Assembly (NCBI GenBank): GCA_012295275.1
Contig: CM022670.1
Coordinates: 40,610,001-40,674,000, forward strand
Origin: Chrysomallon squamiferum
Lineage: Eukaryota; Animalia; Mollusca
DNA: 64,000 nt
Direction of reading: 5' to 3'
Shown: in pieces, positions 51,035 to 64,000 of the stretch
How the letters are laid out: every line of letters begins with the position of its first letter
How positions within the stretch are numbered: position 1 is the stretch's first letter
Notes under the pieces: generated by a model
What the model saw: the letters and a program-made list of their open reading frames with translations, nothing else
What the model was told of the DNA's origin: nothing
The model's database searches: none
Program-made: the position numbers and the translations under genes

Positions 51035-54000
51035 TGAGTAAAATTTAGCTTGGCTAGTTAGTCCAAGCCATTTAATAAATAAATTCTTGTGTGTAAAAGA
51101 CTAAAAAGTCATCTGATTGTTACCTGAACACACACAGCTGAATGAGACAATGCATCGTTTAGAGTCATCAGAATGTTTGATGTTGTAATTACACCTGGGT
51201 CATGACCCCAGGTCGTCACTAGCAACCGATCATACTGCTGCAAGTATTATTACAATAACGTTTTTAATTACAGAGACCAGAAAACATCCTCACATGTAAT
51301 AATTATATTACTGCCATATCATTTTTTTTTATCAATGATTAATGTTGAGAAACAAAAAATCATTTGGAAATATATAAAATGAATAATGACTCTTTTGTTC
51401 ATACCATCTAAAAAAAAAAATAAAATTTTTTTATACAAACATATTGAAATAGTTCTTGTTCTGTTTAGATTAACAAAACTTTGAAAGTCAATATTGATGT
51501 GTTTAAAAGGTCTACATTCCTAGAAAATTTAAGAAATATGTGAATGGTAATTCAAATAACATGGGCAGACAGCAAAGGGTTTTAATATTAATCAAGTCAC
51601 CTGAAAGACTTTAGGCAGTCGACACAATCGTGTGCCTTTAACCAGCAACAGCGTTGGAGGCCCGCAACCAGTGATGTGGTAGATATACAGTTTAAACCAA
51701 ACAGAACTGACCTGAAAAATAAAATAACAACATAGCAATACTACAATAAGACACAAAATAAGGAGAAAAATAACACGAGAAAGGTGCTAAAATGTCACCA
51801 AAAACAATAAATAAATAAACCCAAAAAAATTTTATTTTTTAAATTTATAAAAAAAAAACCCAAAAGAACAATGCAATAGCCTGAATTGTGAAACTGTTTT
51901 AAACAAATTGGAATAAAGGCTATTAACACTTCCAAACAAAAATGTTAACAAAACATAATTATAATAATAATAATAATGAATAAGTATAATAATGAATAAA
52001 TATACTTTTAAAAGTTAAGAAATTTGGTTCAATATTTTTAAAACATTTATATTTTTATATATTTTTTTCTGATTAAAAATGAAGTATTTTCAGTGTTAGC
52101 TTCTTCCAAGCCTGTGAAGCAGCACATGCTGCTGAGTCACCTCAGGAACTGCAGGTCCCATGTGTTGGGGTATACAGCTGCTAACTGGTCTGATTTCATT
52201 GCTGAGAGGAGCCATTGATACCAACAAACTGAAAAATATTAACAAATTTCTAACAATAATATAAAACCATAAACTAACTTATGAACAAATTAGAAATGAT
52301 TAGCTATTGTTTTTGTTTTTTTCATTGTTAATTTTTTTTTCTTACTGGATTTTTACTTAGATATTATACTTAGATATTATGGTTAGGGTTATATATAAAC
52401 ATATAAATAAATTGTAAAACTTAAAAAAAAACCAATTAAACTGATAGTAGTGCAAAATTAATTCCATTAACAATAATAATGAATTAATAATAATAATAGT
52501 AACGAATAATAATAAATAAAATAAATAATAATAATAAAAAATAATAAATAATAATAGCAATAATAAAAAATAACAACTAAAATAATAATAAGAAGAAAAC
52601 TGGGGGAGAAAAAACAACACCCAAACACACAGTTTTTACAGACAATTTTCAAACTGATATTTTCACGAATGAAGGTGACTCTCACTTGTAGTTTTTGTTC
52701 AGAACTCGCGATCGCGTGGCTGGCTCCAGACTCAGCAGACTCTCGCATCGCAGCAGGTCAATCCCCAGCCCACTGTTGTCCAGTTCGTCAAACAGGTTCT
52801 TGTTGTGTCGCAGGAATCGTATCGTGTCTCTCAGAGTCAGTGCGTGGTCAAAATAGCGTCGAGCCTCCCCTTCAGCATCTGACCCAACCTGACACAAAAT
52901 CACAAACTGTTGTGTGACTTACACTGAAATATCTTAATGTTAACACTAAAAACCAATACAGCTGTATTTGCATTTAATACTTCAGTAATATTACAGCAGT
53001 TAAGAGATAACAGCTTAATGTTGCAGTAATAGTAAATACATCTGTATTTATGTTTAATATTTCAGTAATAGTACAGCAGTTACATATATTTATGTTCAAT
53101 GTCAAAGTAATACTGTAATCACCTTATTGTTATAGTAATCATTAAAATAATCATATATATTTAGTTTAGCAATGCAGAAACACAGATTTGGGATTCCTGT
53201 CTCAATTTTGCTGTAATATTTAAGCAATTACAAACACATATATACACATGCACATACCTACAGGTTCTAGTAATGTGATAGTTGGGATTCATGGTTATGC
53301 CAATTAAAAAGATTTAATCTATAAAAAAAAATTTAAAAAAATTTAATTGTACATTTACCTTTTCGAGTTCTTGCAAGAAGCTGTCCATGGATTCGTCACT
53401 GAGTTTGCCAACTTCGAACATGGTCACAGCATGACTCTTCAAACCCTTGAAACAACACACTCACATTTTAAAAGTAAATGTACACACACACAGAAATCAC
53501 AAATGCTCATACATGACTCACAGACAGAAATCATATACACATACATACCCTCACCAACTCACAAATCCATTATTGAAATGTAGTTATTTACATAGTAATT
53601 AGAAGCTAGAAATGGTGAAATTCAAAAAAAAAGAAAAAAAAAGAAGAAAATCACAGATATCACACACAAACGCACCCACACTCCCATTGAACAATACAAT
53701 GATCAGGAAATAACAATAAATAAAAATCTATTCATTGCTCACTCACAGGAGACAAGTTGCCCATCATGAGAAAAGCTGTCAATGTGGAGTCAAACAAGAA
53801 AGCTATTCTCTTTGTCATTCCCGGAGTCTGACTGCCAGACTCTGAAAAACAACCCAAAAAATTTATAATTTAGTTATTCTGTATTCAACAAAATATTTAA
53901 ACATGTAGGTAATTAACCCATCCTGCTGATAAACACAGCATCATAGTCAATTTACCTGTGTGAAATTTGTTTTTTTATTAAAAATATTTTTAAAAATGTG

Positions 54001-55287
54001 ATAATAACATGATGGCTGACAGTAAATTTGGTGAATACAAAAAAGTAATATTTTTGAAGAATGTAAAATTTTTTTGTTTTTTACCCATGGATTCTAAAGG
54101 TGACTCTGTGCTTGCGTTCATGCTGTTGCTGTTGATGTTGTCCAGATCCAACTGTTCGTTAGGTAACAAGTCAACGTTGGTTCCACTACTTAGGTCAATG
54201 AGAGGGGACTCGTGAATTGACCTAGCAAAACAAAAATTAACTTGTAATTCGTATTTTCGTAACAATAAAGGCATTCCAAAAAAATTAATTTGCTGTGTTA
54301 ATGAAAATTTCTTACTTTCTGACATCATGAGACCGAGGTGTCTGGTGCAACTGGTCTGTCCATGATGGGTGAACTTCACATGAATTCAAATCTGTTCCCT
54401 TCTTCTTGGCAAACCCCAGACGACAGTATAATGACACAGCATTCTGAAAAAATTAAATTTAATAATAATAATTTAAAAAAAAAAATAATAAAAAAAAAAT
54501 GTTTTAAAAAATAATTAAGTTAAAAAAAAAAAATAATAAATAATAAAAAAATAATAATAATAATAAAAATGTTTTAAAAAAATAAAAAAACAACTAAATA
54601 ATAAAATAATAAACATAATAATAATAATAATAATAAAAAGCTTTGAAAACAATGTCTTTTTCTCAGATTAAAAACCAAAATAAATTTTAAGGGATCCCTA
54701 ATATAAAAAAAGAAAAGAAAATTGAAAAAAATTAAATTACTTCTTGAAATTAAATGATAGATTAGTATATCCAAAAAAAATATAAAAAAGAAAAATAAAA
54801 AAAAAATAAAAATTAAACACAAAACAAACAAAATTAAAAAATGAAGAATACATATTTATATAAGTTTGAAAATTTTTCAACAGACAACCCACTGTGTTGA
54901 TTTGAAACAGAAAAGAAAACAATTTTTTTAAAAACTTACTTTAACCAGCTGCAGATCAATCTGCAAAACACTTGAAAGCTGGAAATTGAAAAAAAGAAAC
55001 AAATATCAGCATGAACTACAAAAATTATTTAAAAATCAAAACAGAATTCCAAATGAAATCAAATAATGAAATGTTTCATAATTGAATTATACATAAAATG
55101 TAAAAGCTGAAATTATTTTTGTTTGTCAAGATAATATTAAAGAAAAAGAAAATACCTCTGTAATAAAATTTGCCTTGAGAAAACAGCAAGAAGATTAGAA
55201 TTAAATAATTTATATTTTATTTACTTAAATTTCTGTATCACCTGTACATGCAAACAAACATGCACATACAGACCGACAGACAGACAG

Positions 55288-55319
<32 letters not shown>

Positions 55320-58300
55320 TAAAATCACTAAGAAGTTACAGATGTTTCATACTTCTGTTATTGTGGTGTGTTCGTCAATGGAAACAAAGATCTTGTACAG
55401 GAGTGTTTCAAAATAATCTCCTAACACTCGGTTCATGACAAAACCTTCCAGTGGAGGCACTGAAACAAAAACCTGCTCAGTTAGATCATCACAGTTCATT
55501 CTAATCAGCGTCCAGGTGAGTTCAGAAAACAAAATCAGGAGACGATTTTATAAATAATAGTAATGATGTGAATAATCAAACTGTTTCGTTCTGAGGAATG
55601 AATTTTTTTGTTTCTTGTTTTTTTTTTTTTTTTTATTATGATTAAATTTAAAAATGTTATACATGTATTTAAAAGATGGGGGAAATAACGATGTGAATGT
55701 AGCTGGGTTTTGGAAACAATTACAGAAAAAAAAAAATGTATGTATAAATATATATATATATATATAAAATTAGCAGGCACAACTTTATTGTGTTTGTTGT
55801 GTTTGGCAGACAGGATTAGTTAAAACAGCTGTGGTGGATTATACAGATTATCTGTCTAGGAAATGATTTAAACAATGAACGTGTATCTTTGATTACATTG
55901 TTTTTATTCTTGAGTAGTGCGTGTGTTGTGTGTTGCATGCAAATGATATGTGTTTTGAGCCAATAAACATTGCCAGCGTATTATTTTTATAGTTATTTAT
56001 TCAGTCAAATAACAACATTATCAATAGCATTCTGCATGTTTCAGTTATAAATTAGTGAAGTGTATTTCAGCTAATATACACATTATCTGAGTGAAACAGG
56101 TAATATAATATAATTTTATTTAACTGTCATATATATACATTAGCATTAACCTTTAATGTAAGTTATCTCTCTATCCATAGCCACTGTGACATTAATAGTC
56201 AAGTGTATAAAAAATTAAAAGTTACACACACCTATTATACATTCATCATCTCCTATAGGAACATCAAGATAAACAAGGCCTTTTCTATACAAGCCTGAAA
56301 TTAATAGTAAAGTGAATATCTTGCTGCAAGAAACAAACAACAAAATAGTAATAATACAAGTCATAATAATAGTAAAGGAAAATAAAAATAAATGCAATGA
56401 ATGAAATTCTTAGGTATTAAAAATCCACAAAGAAATTAAACAGAGTCAAAGTACCATTAACTGATTAAGATATACGTGAAGGAAAAATTCTATGCAGAGG
56501 GACAGATGTAATATAATTATAATTATTACCCTTCAATGAGGCTTATTTAATAGAAATTTATTGTAATGTTTAATCTAATATGTCACAGAAAATTATTACA
56601 ATAAATATAATAGTTATGACTGTTTTGTACTGTTTATTTAGAACAATGATAATGGTTAACTTTCTGAATAGTTCCTTAATGCCAACCACAGTTATCATAA
56701 TTAGAAAAGAGATATTTTATACTAATTAGAATAATTATAATATTTAACTTTTAATTACTTTTATTGCAGAGTTATTCAAGACAAAATAATAAGGTTTTTC
56801 ACTGACTGTGTAAAACTGTTTTGTCCAGGTCTCCTGCTGTCTGCGGACCGTTGTCTATGATTGTATCAATTACTGTCTTCTCCACTCTCATACACATCTG
56901 TCAAAGTAGTCACATACTCATTTAATACGTTAAGATATAATATAAGTTACACTGGATGACAAACCATATAATTTATTATTTGATGTAATATTTATTTACT
57001 CTTAGTTCTCATTATTTAAAGATTAAAAAATTTAAAATAAAACATTTATTTTTATTTTTAACCTTACAAATGTTGTAATGATTTTATTACAAAAAGAATT
57101 ATGGAAATATTATTTATAATGTCACCTGTCTTCAGAAAATGTTAGTGACATTAAAATGTAGCTAAATGAAGGGAACTTACATTTAATGATCACTTAAAAA
57201 TTTTGTCGTCAGCATACGTATTTTTGTTTTTTGTAATTGAAACTTTAATATATCGACAGGCATCAGATAATATGTTATTATCAACATTGTCTGATTTTCA
57301 GTATTAAATTGACTGTTATTTCATTTGGTAGTGACTTCTGATTTACAAGTCTCATTAAGAAAATCATACAAACAGAAAAGTCTTGTAAACGCAGGTAAAG
57401 AAATGAAAGTGAAGACAAACCTTGATGTCATCTTCAGTGATGTAACCGATATTTGCAATCCACCAAGGCTCAATACAAGCACTCTCAACAGGCTGGCTGG
57501 GTAAAAGTTCTCGTACTGGCCTCTTGCGAAAAAATTTCTACATAAAAATTAAACTGTTAGTCAGTAACAGATTACAAAAGCGATTTTCAAACTTTCTTTC
57601 TAAAAATACATCCTGGAGAACATATTATGTGCTGTTTGTGATTGTCTAAAAAAATATATAAATCACTGAATGTATAATATATGACATCATGGAACATTAA
57701 CTGCATGTTGAAGCTGTATTTGAATTTTGTTTTATTAAATTTATAAATTATATTTGAACTGCTACTCACCTTGGATGACCGACACTGGTTCATAAGCTCA
57801 ATGTACTGATTTCTGCCAATACCAAGAAGTCGAAGACCTTGATAGAAAGAATAGAAATCAATGTCTTTAAATAAGAAAAATATTTTGAAATTAACGCTGT
57901 CTTTCAAAATTATCAAAATATTTTTATTATATTTTGCTCATTCAAAATTAAGCAATAATAAAAAATTATATTTTATCTTTGTAATAGGAATGTAATATTT
58001 TCTCACTAGCAAAGATTGGTCTTAGTTTTAAAAAAAAAAAATAAAAAAAATAAAAAAAAATCATATCTGGAAGGCACATAAAATTGAAAACACTACTGTC
58101 AAGTTTACACCTTTTAAATAGTTTCGCCTCTTATTTCAGTCTTAAATGAAAAGACTGTAATTGTGCTTCAACAGGTAAAATAAGAAACGGAGATAAATGT
58201 TACACCTGATGTTCACTTACAGTCAGCTGCTGTGAAATTTGGAAGAGAATCGTAGCTCTTCTCCTGCGTCATAATGTCCTGCATCATGTTGATGTAGTAG

Positions 58301-58978
58301 ATGAAGGGTGTCACACGCAAACCCTTCACAATAACATCTGACAGGTGATAGGGATACAGCATCAGGTGTTCCCGGCTGTACTGCATCAAATCTTCATAGT
58401 ACCGGCGTTCATCTTTACGAATTGTGCGCACTAGTGAAAACAAAACATATCATTACAAATAATTAATTATCAGTATCAATTACTGCATAATTTATATTTT
58501 AAAAAATCTGTATGTGTGTGTGTGCATTATAAATATAATATATATAATTATTTACCAAGACTTCCTTTGTGCCGCAACTGGTTTTTCACACTGAAAGCAA
58601 GAACAGCTTTGTCATATTCTCGCTGAGAATTGCCAAAACTCTGAAACAAACAAGCAAATTTATTATTATTATTAGTATTATTAACAGTTAATATCACAAT
58701 CAGTGTTACATTACTTCAGACTCTGAAGAGAAATTTAGAATGCACATATTAACTTATGTGCATGTTAGTAAGCTATCTGATTTTAATTCGGTTTCTCACT
58801 ATCAATCCATGTAATGGTGTATATCACTATATGACACAGTGGAACACACTTGCATTACTTCTATCGAAAATAGGATACAACCCCATAACAATTAATAGAA
58901 TATGACATTCTATGTTTATAAAATGTAGTGTTTTCAAATGATTTTTCTGCAAGATTAACTTTTCCTATTTCATACTAA

Positions 58979-59048
<70 letters not shown>

Positions 59049-59275
59049 TATGCTAACTTTTGCAACAGATCAAATAATTAAGAATGTTCATATATTAATC
59101 AGACTATACAGTAATTAAGGAATTTTAAATTTTAATAAATTAATTTAATGTGTGCAATAATTATACAAATTAAGTGAATTATCACTGAAGGAAAACAATT
59201 AACCTGTTTGACATGCCCTGGTAACTTTGACCAAGGATGGTTTTGACGGATATGAGTTTCTAGATCAGCATTCAT
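48713..59275 (-). CDS. FAM91A1: Protein FAM91A1, ~848 aa, 21 exons
   Basis: Exons (minus): 59275-59204, 58640-58556, 58430-58221, 57837-57770, 57537-57421, 56897-56807, 56294-56232, 55459-55353, 54978-54940, 54443-54316, 54221-54085, 53841-53747, 53445-53359, 52888-52686, 52228-52141, 51711-51601, 51237-51124, 50829-50763, 50265-49800, 49558-49489, 48841-48713. Recognised motifs: [135 protein letters not shown]. Confidence 0.97.
58979..59048. repeat. (AAT)n microsatellite in FAM91A1 intron 1
   Basis: Direct reading. Confidence 0.95.
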
Positions 59276-59870
59276 AACGATCGCATTAATAATAAGCTGT
59301 TTTCAACATTTCTTTTATATCATATGCACATTCTAAACTATAAAAGCATATATCAAGCAGACAACCCACAGATGTGGGCGAATATACTTTCGCTTTACTT
59401 CCGCTTCCTACAACGTATCTTAACTTCCGCTAAATACTTTCTGAACGAGTATTATTAATTTAATTTATAAAATGTTTTTATATTATACATATTAATAGAC
59501 ATTACATGCATTAAGAAAATTATAGAACAGAAGGTTCATAAATATAAATAATCTAAATATTTATAGGCATGTTCAGAATACGGAAAAAGATTTAACTATT
59601 CGCAGAAGAAGAGGCGAAAAAATATAAACGAACAGTTGTATTCCTAATATTTTGCCCCAAATTTTTTCTTTAACCAATCAATTCTATTGTTTCTAAAGAG
59701 TGAAAAAATAATCAACAACAGTACAGAGAACCAATTAGAAATACTTTTTCATATGATTTTTGGACCCTATTTGTTGAAAGATGTCTGCCTTAGTTGCTGG
59801 AAGTTTGACACCTTCCTCTGTAATTTAATATATAAATATTTTGTCATTAACTGAGAAAAAAGACATTGTA
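59276..59870. promoter_or_regulatory. Probable bidirectional promoter between FAM91A1 and the EF-hand gene
   Basis: Head-to-head ATGs ~1 kb apart; two ETS-like ACTTCCGC (59397, 59423); two CCAAT boxes (59674, 59731); candidate UTR-exon donor att|gtaagt at 59867. Confidence 0.55.
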
Positions 59871-60276
59871 AGTGTTTGTTAAATTATTAATCATTATAAT
59901 TAGTTAAATGACTGAATCATTGAAAGAAAAATAATGCTATTAGATCACTTGCCATTGTGTGTTTTTGTGTTTTTGTGTGTTTGTGTGTATGTCTGTGTGT
60001 GTGCTTATTTTAAAATAGGTAATAAATGGAAAATTTAATAATAAATAAATAAATATATTATTACTTTAATACTGCAGTTTTGAAAATCGTATTTTAAAAC
60101 TATTTTACTTTTTTTTAAAAACTGTCTCTTGACTTGAATAAAGAATAATAATTTCTTTTTATGAACATTTTTATTTTTTATTTAAAAAAAAAATTTCTCT
60201 AAAAAACCCCAACAACATTATATATATAAAGTATTATCATTAGTAATTACTATTATCTGTTCTTAATTGTAGGAAA

Positions 60277-63200
60277 ATGGGGGAATTGCTTCTTGAGGAC
60301 AGACATCAGGTTTTGTCACGTGTCTTTCGTCAGTATGACAGTAAAGGAACAGGTGAACTGTCCCCAATTCAAGTTCAGATCTTGCATGGTGATATGAGAC
60401 TGGGAGGAATCAGTCTTCCACAGGTTAATATTGAGATGCAAATTGATTTAAAACACTGAGTACCTTTAATGAACACTACAGTTGCTATACTTTCCATTTC
60501 CCTGTACCAGTAGTGATACCTCATTGATCACATTACACTGAGTTATATAACAGAATCTTTAGTGTATCAAATGAGATGTTCCTAGATTCAGTGAAATTCC
60601 TGGGTATTGTCTGTTTCCATAATAGTTCAGATATTTGCCATTACATAATCATACTTATTGGTTTTAATCCTTTCATTCTTACATTTAAACAAAATAAAAA
60701 CGATGCTTCTAGTAAGTTTACGGTGTAATTATGCTAGTGCTTAGTTTCAGGATGGTAGAAAGGTTCATTTGCAGAGCTGATATTTTTAAGCAGGAATCCT
60801 TGGATATGGAATATTTGATGCTAAACAGTATTTGGTTGTGTGTGGGTTATTACATATTCAGATACTGAAATCTTGATCAGTGAGGGTGTTAAGAACAGAA
60901 CATACTGAATTTTGATCCAGTAATAAAGGACACGGGCATGTATCTGTTTCACAATTCTTAGGATTCTCTTCCTTAGAAGGTTTAATGGTTCCTGAAAAAA
61001 TGTTTCATTAATTTTTAAAATGCATTTTATGGTTTTTATATAATTATAAGTATCATAGAGTGATAGATCTTTATAAAGAAAAGCAAACATATTATGAACA
61101 TCACTGACACTAACCTGCATTGTTGAAATTGTACCATGTTTGATAAACTCAGACACCCAACAGTGCCTGCAAACAATACTGACATAAATTGATGTTTATC
61201 TGATACTTTTTGATTTAAGTGCACCCTAAACACTACATATATACATACATATATTAATATATATATATATATATTACAATCTGTTTTTCAGGTGTTTGCT
61301 TCTCTCAGATATGCATGTACTTCTGGATCATCCTGTGAGGAAAGCGAGTTGTTTGACTTACTTCAGGAGATGGATCGCCGATACTTTCTCTTGCAGAATC
61401 TCCGCTGGGAATTTTCCATGTTGGACAGGGAACAGAAAGACACCATTACTGAAGAACAAGCCAGGTAACTGTTTTCTTTTTTGTGCATAAAAAAAAGAAA
61501 TTTGTATTTTGAAAACATTTCACATATCAGAACCATAGTTAAATTATATAAAAAAACATATTTTTATATTTTTGCTTTCTTTGATAGAGTGTGTTTTTCT
61601 TAAATCTAGTTGTTTAAGAACTGTAAATTTAACAGAACAAGTATGTAAAATAACAGTTGGGCTTAGAAAAATAATTTTTTAACTAATATTTCAAAGAATG
61701 AGAAGGACTAAAACTGGATGAGTTGATATTATCATTCAGTTATTTTTTCCAAACATTTTTTTAAGCTATTCTAAAGGGATGAAGAAATAGCTGCATAGCA
61801 TTTGTTCATATTAAGATATGCATTCAAGTTCTTTTTATTTGGGCTGCCAGTATGAATCACATGTTCACACACTCACAAATTAATTATATATATATATATA
61901 TATAATGTTTTTTGTATTGAAAATGCATTTCAAACTGTTCTTGACCTGCAGGCTCATTATCTCATGTAAGTTATGTGATATAAATACTTTCTTGCACATG
62001 CATGTTATTTCTTATAATATGGTTCACTTATTTTTATATATTTAAAAAAACAAAAAAACACTACTAAATAAATAAATTCATCAATTTTCGTTATTTTCTT
62101 GTTTTTGGATGTTTGTTTTAATTTAATTTATTAGTAAAAAAAAAAAACATTTTTTTATTTGACTTCAGGTGGCTAGTTCAAGCTGTACATGGAAAGTATT
62201 TTTCTAAAAAAAAGTGGGAAGAATTTCTTCGCAGTCGACCTGTCCCAGGAGGTGGGGTTGCATTTCAGGAAATTGAAGTGATGTTGTGCGACGTTCCTGA
62301 TAAAATGATGCTGCAGCATGAGAAAATGGATGAGGAGAAAGAAAAAGAAGGTAAAAATTACTTAGAAATTTGTAAAAAAAAAAAAAAAAAAATAATAATA
62401 ATAATAGTGATAATAATGATTTGTTGGATTAAGAATTAAATATTTCAGATTTACTTTATTTTATATATTTTTCATTTTTTTCAAATATATTTTAAATATA
62501 TGTTTTGCCTGAAAAAAAAAAAAAAAAATGGTGGAATTATATATTTTTATATAATAATTTTATATTTAACCAATTCATATACCTTTGTCTTTGAAATAAT
62601 TTACCATCATTTCCAAATATCAGTAAAATACTTTAAATTAGTAATATATGTTTATAAAACATTAATTACAAGTGAATGCACAATATTTAAATTTTTTGTT
62701 TGTTTATAGAACGATTGAAAAAACAAAAACAATTGGAGGAAGCAGCTGAACAGGAAAGGGAAAGATTAAGACAAGAACGAGAAGATGATAAAAAAAGGAG
62801 GGAACAGGTATTTGTCTTTGTGTTATATCTGCACATCCTGGGGGATACATGTACACACACGTGAATTAAGGCTTAAAGCAGTGCAAGGTAGAACATTTTA
62901 TATTTCAGAGTAGATAAAGTAAACAAGTTTAACAGATAGTAAGTGATAATACAATGAACCCTACATGCAGAAATACTGTTTGTTCAGATTTATCTCTTCT
63001 CATTGCCATGGAAACCAATATAAACAGCCAGAATATTAGGTTTTTCGGAACTGATTTTTCAGCTTCAACTTACGTCACAGAGGAACAGTTTTTGGCAGAA
63101 GTGTATATTTTTTTCCTGTTGACAGTGCTATAGAGAGATTTGTTTGCTCATGCTAATTAATTTGGTATGTGAGTTTCAGCTAAATTCTTGTTACAGTACA

Positions 63201-63981
63201 TGTAAATGCAGTTGGTGATTTAAGAATATGACTGTTTTTGTTTTGTATTGAGTGAAAGTCTTGTATTTGAAATAATCATGTTTTTGTTATTTATTTATTT
63301 TTGTAGGAGAAGAAGAGAAATGATGAAGAGAGAAAAAGAAAAGAGCTGGAAGAAGAAGGTAAGATGTTGGATTCATAAATATTTTTTAAAACTTTAAATT
63401 ACATTTAGTTCACAAAAGCTCTAAAAAATATGTATTACATAATTTTTTAATATTGGTCTTATTTATTTAATTAAAAATGGTTTATTTAAAAAAAATATAT
63501 ATAAAACTTAAGGATGAATTAATAAAATTAAAAATGGATTCTGCAGATGGTATGGCTCTATAATAGTTTGCAGAGAATGTTTTAATTTTTTTTTTGCGTT
63601 CTGTTCAATAATTCAAGATCCAGATCTGATAACTGGCATTCATAATAATGTTAATGCAGTGAAATAAAACCAGATTTATGATTTGATAATTTGTAACAGA
63701 TAAAAAAAAAAAAAAAAAAAAAAATATAAAATGAATGTCAAATTTTAGTCACATGAATATAAATATTTTAATAATATTTGTTTTAATTTTCTTTCAATAA
63801 TAGTATTTTTCACTAACAAATAAGAATCATGTAACAGAAATGATTGAATGTCACTAAATTATTTATTTTTGTATATTTAAAAAAAATATATATTTTACAT
63901 GAAATAACCAACATTGTATATATCTGCACAGAGAGAAAAAGAAAAGAAGAAGAAGAAAGACAAAGAAAAGAAGAAGAGGAG
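60277..63981 (+). CDS. EF-hand-containing protein with E/K/R-rich helical tail; 5' part, continues beyond the window
   Basis: In-frame exons 60277-60423, 61292-61464, 62169-62350, 62710-62807, 63307-63358, 63932-63981. EF-hand-like loops FRQYDSKGTGELS and FSMLDREQKDTITEEQ, then EKEKEERLKKQKQLEEAAEQERERLRQ...ERKRKEEEERQRKEEEE. Confidence 0.85.
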
Positions 63982-64000
63982 GTATTTGTTTACTAAACTG

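Noticed and set aside
60821-61233. Minus-strand ORFs (111 and 65 aa) in an intron of the EF-hand gene
   Set aside because: No recognisable domain or splice support; probably chance.

Overview
AT-rich, intron-rich animal genomic DNA, probably a lophotrochozoan such as a gastropod mollusc (inferred from gene families and repeats). Positions ~1.5-41.3 kb hold two head-to-tail copies, separated by a 200-N gap, of a 22-exon receptor protein-tyrosine-phosphatase gene: signal peptide, ShKT domain, ~12 EGF/laminin-EGF-like repeats, TM helix, PTP-D1, PTP-D2. The copies are almost identical at the 5' ligand-binding end, introns included, but diverge in the TM and signalling part. Copy 1 has an altered D1 active site ([17 protein letters not shown]) and a 9-codon deletion in D2. 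Copy 2 has a canonical D1 ([17 protein letters not shown]) but a 2-nt frameshift at the start of D2. This resembles a paired active/decoy receptor system, although a false haplotype duplication must be excluded. The rest of the window has a complete 21-exon FAM91A1 gene (minus strand, one GC-AG intron) and, head-to-head with it, the 5' part of an EF-hand plus E/K/R-helix gene. All exon calls were made by eye.
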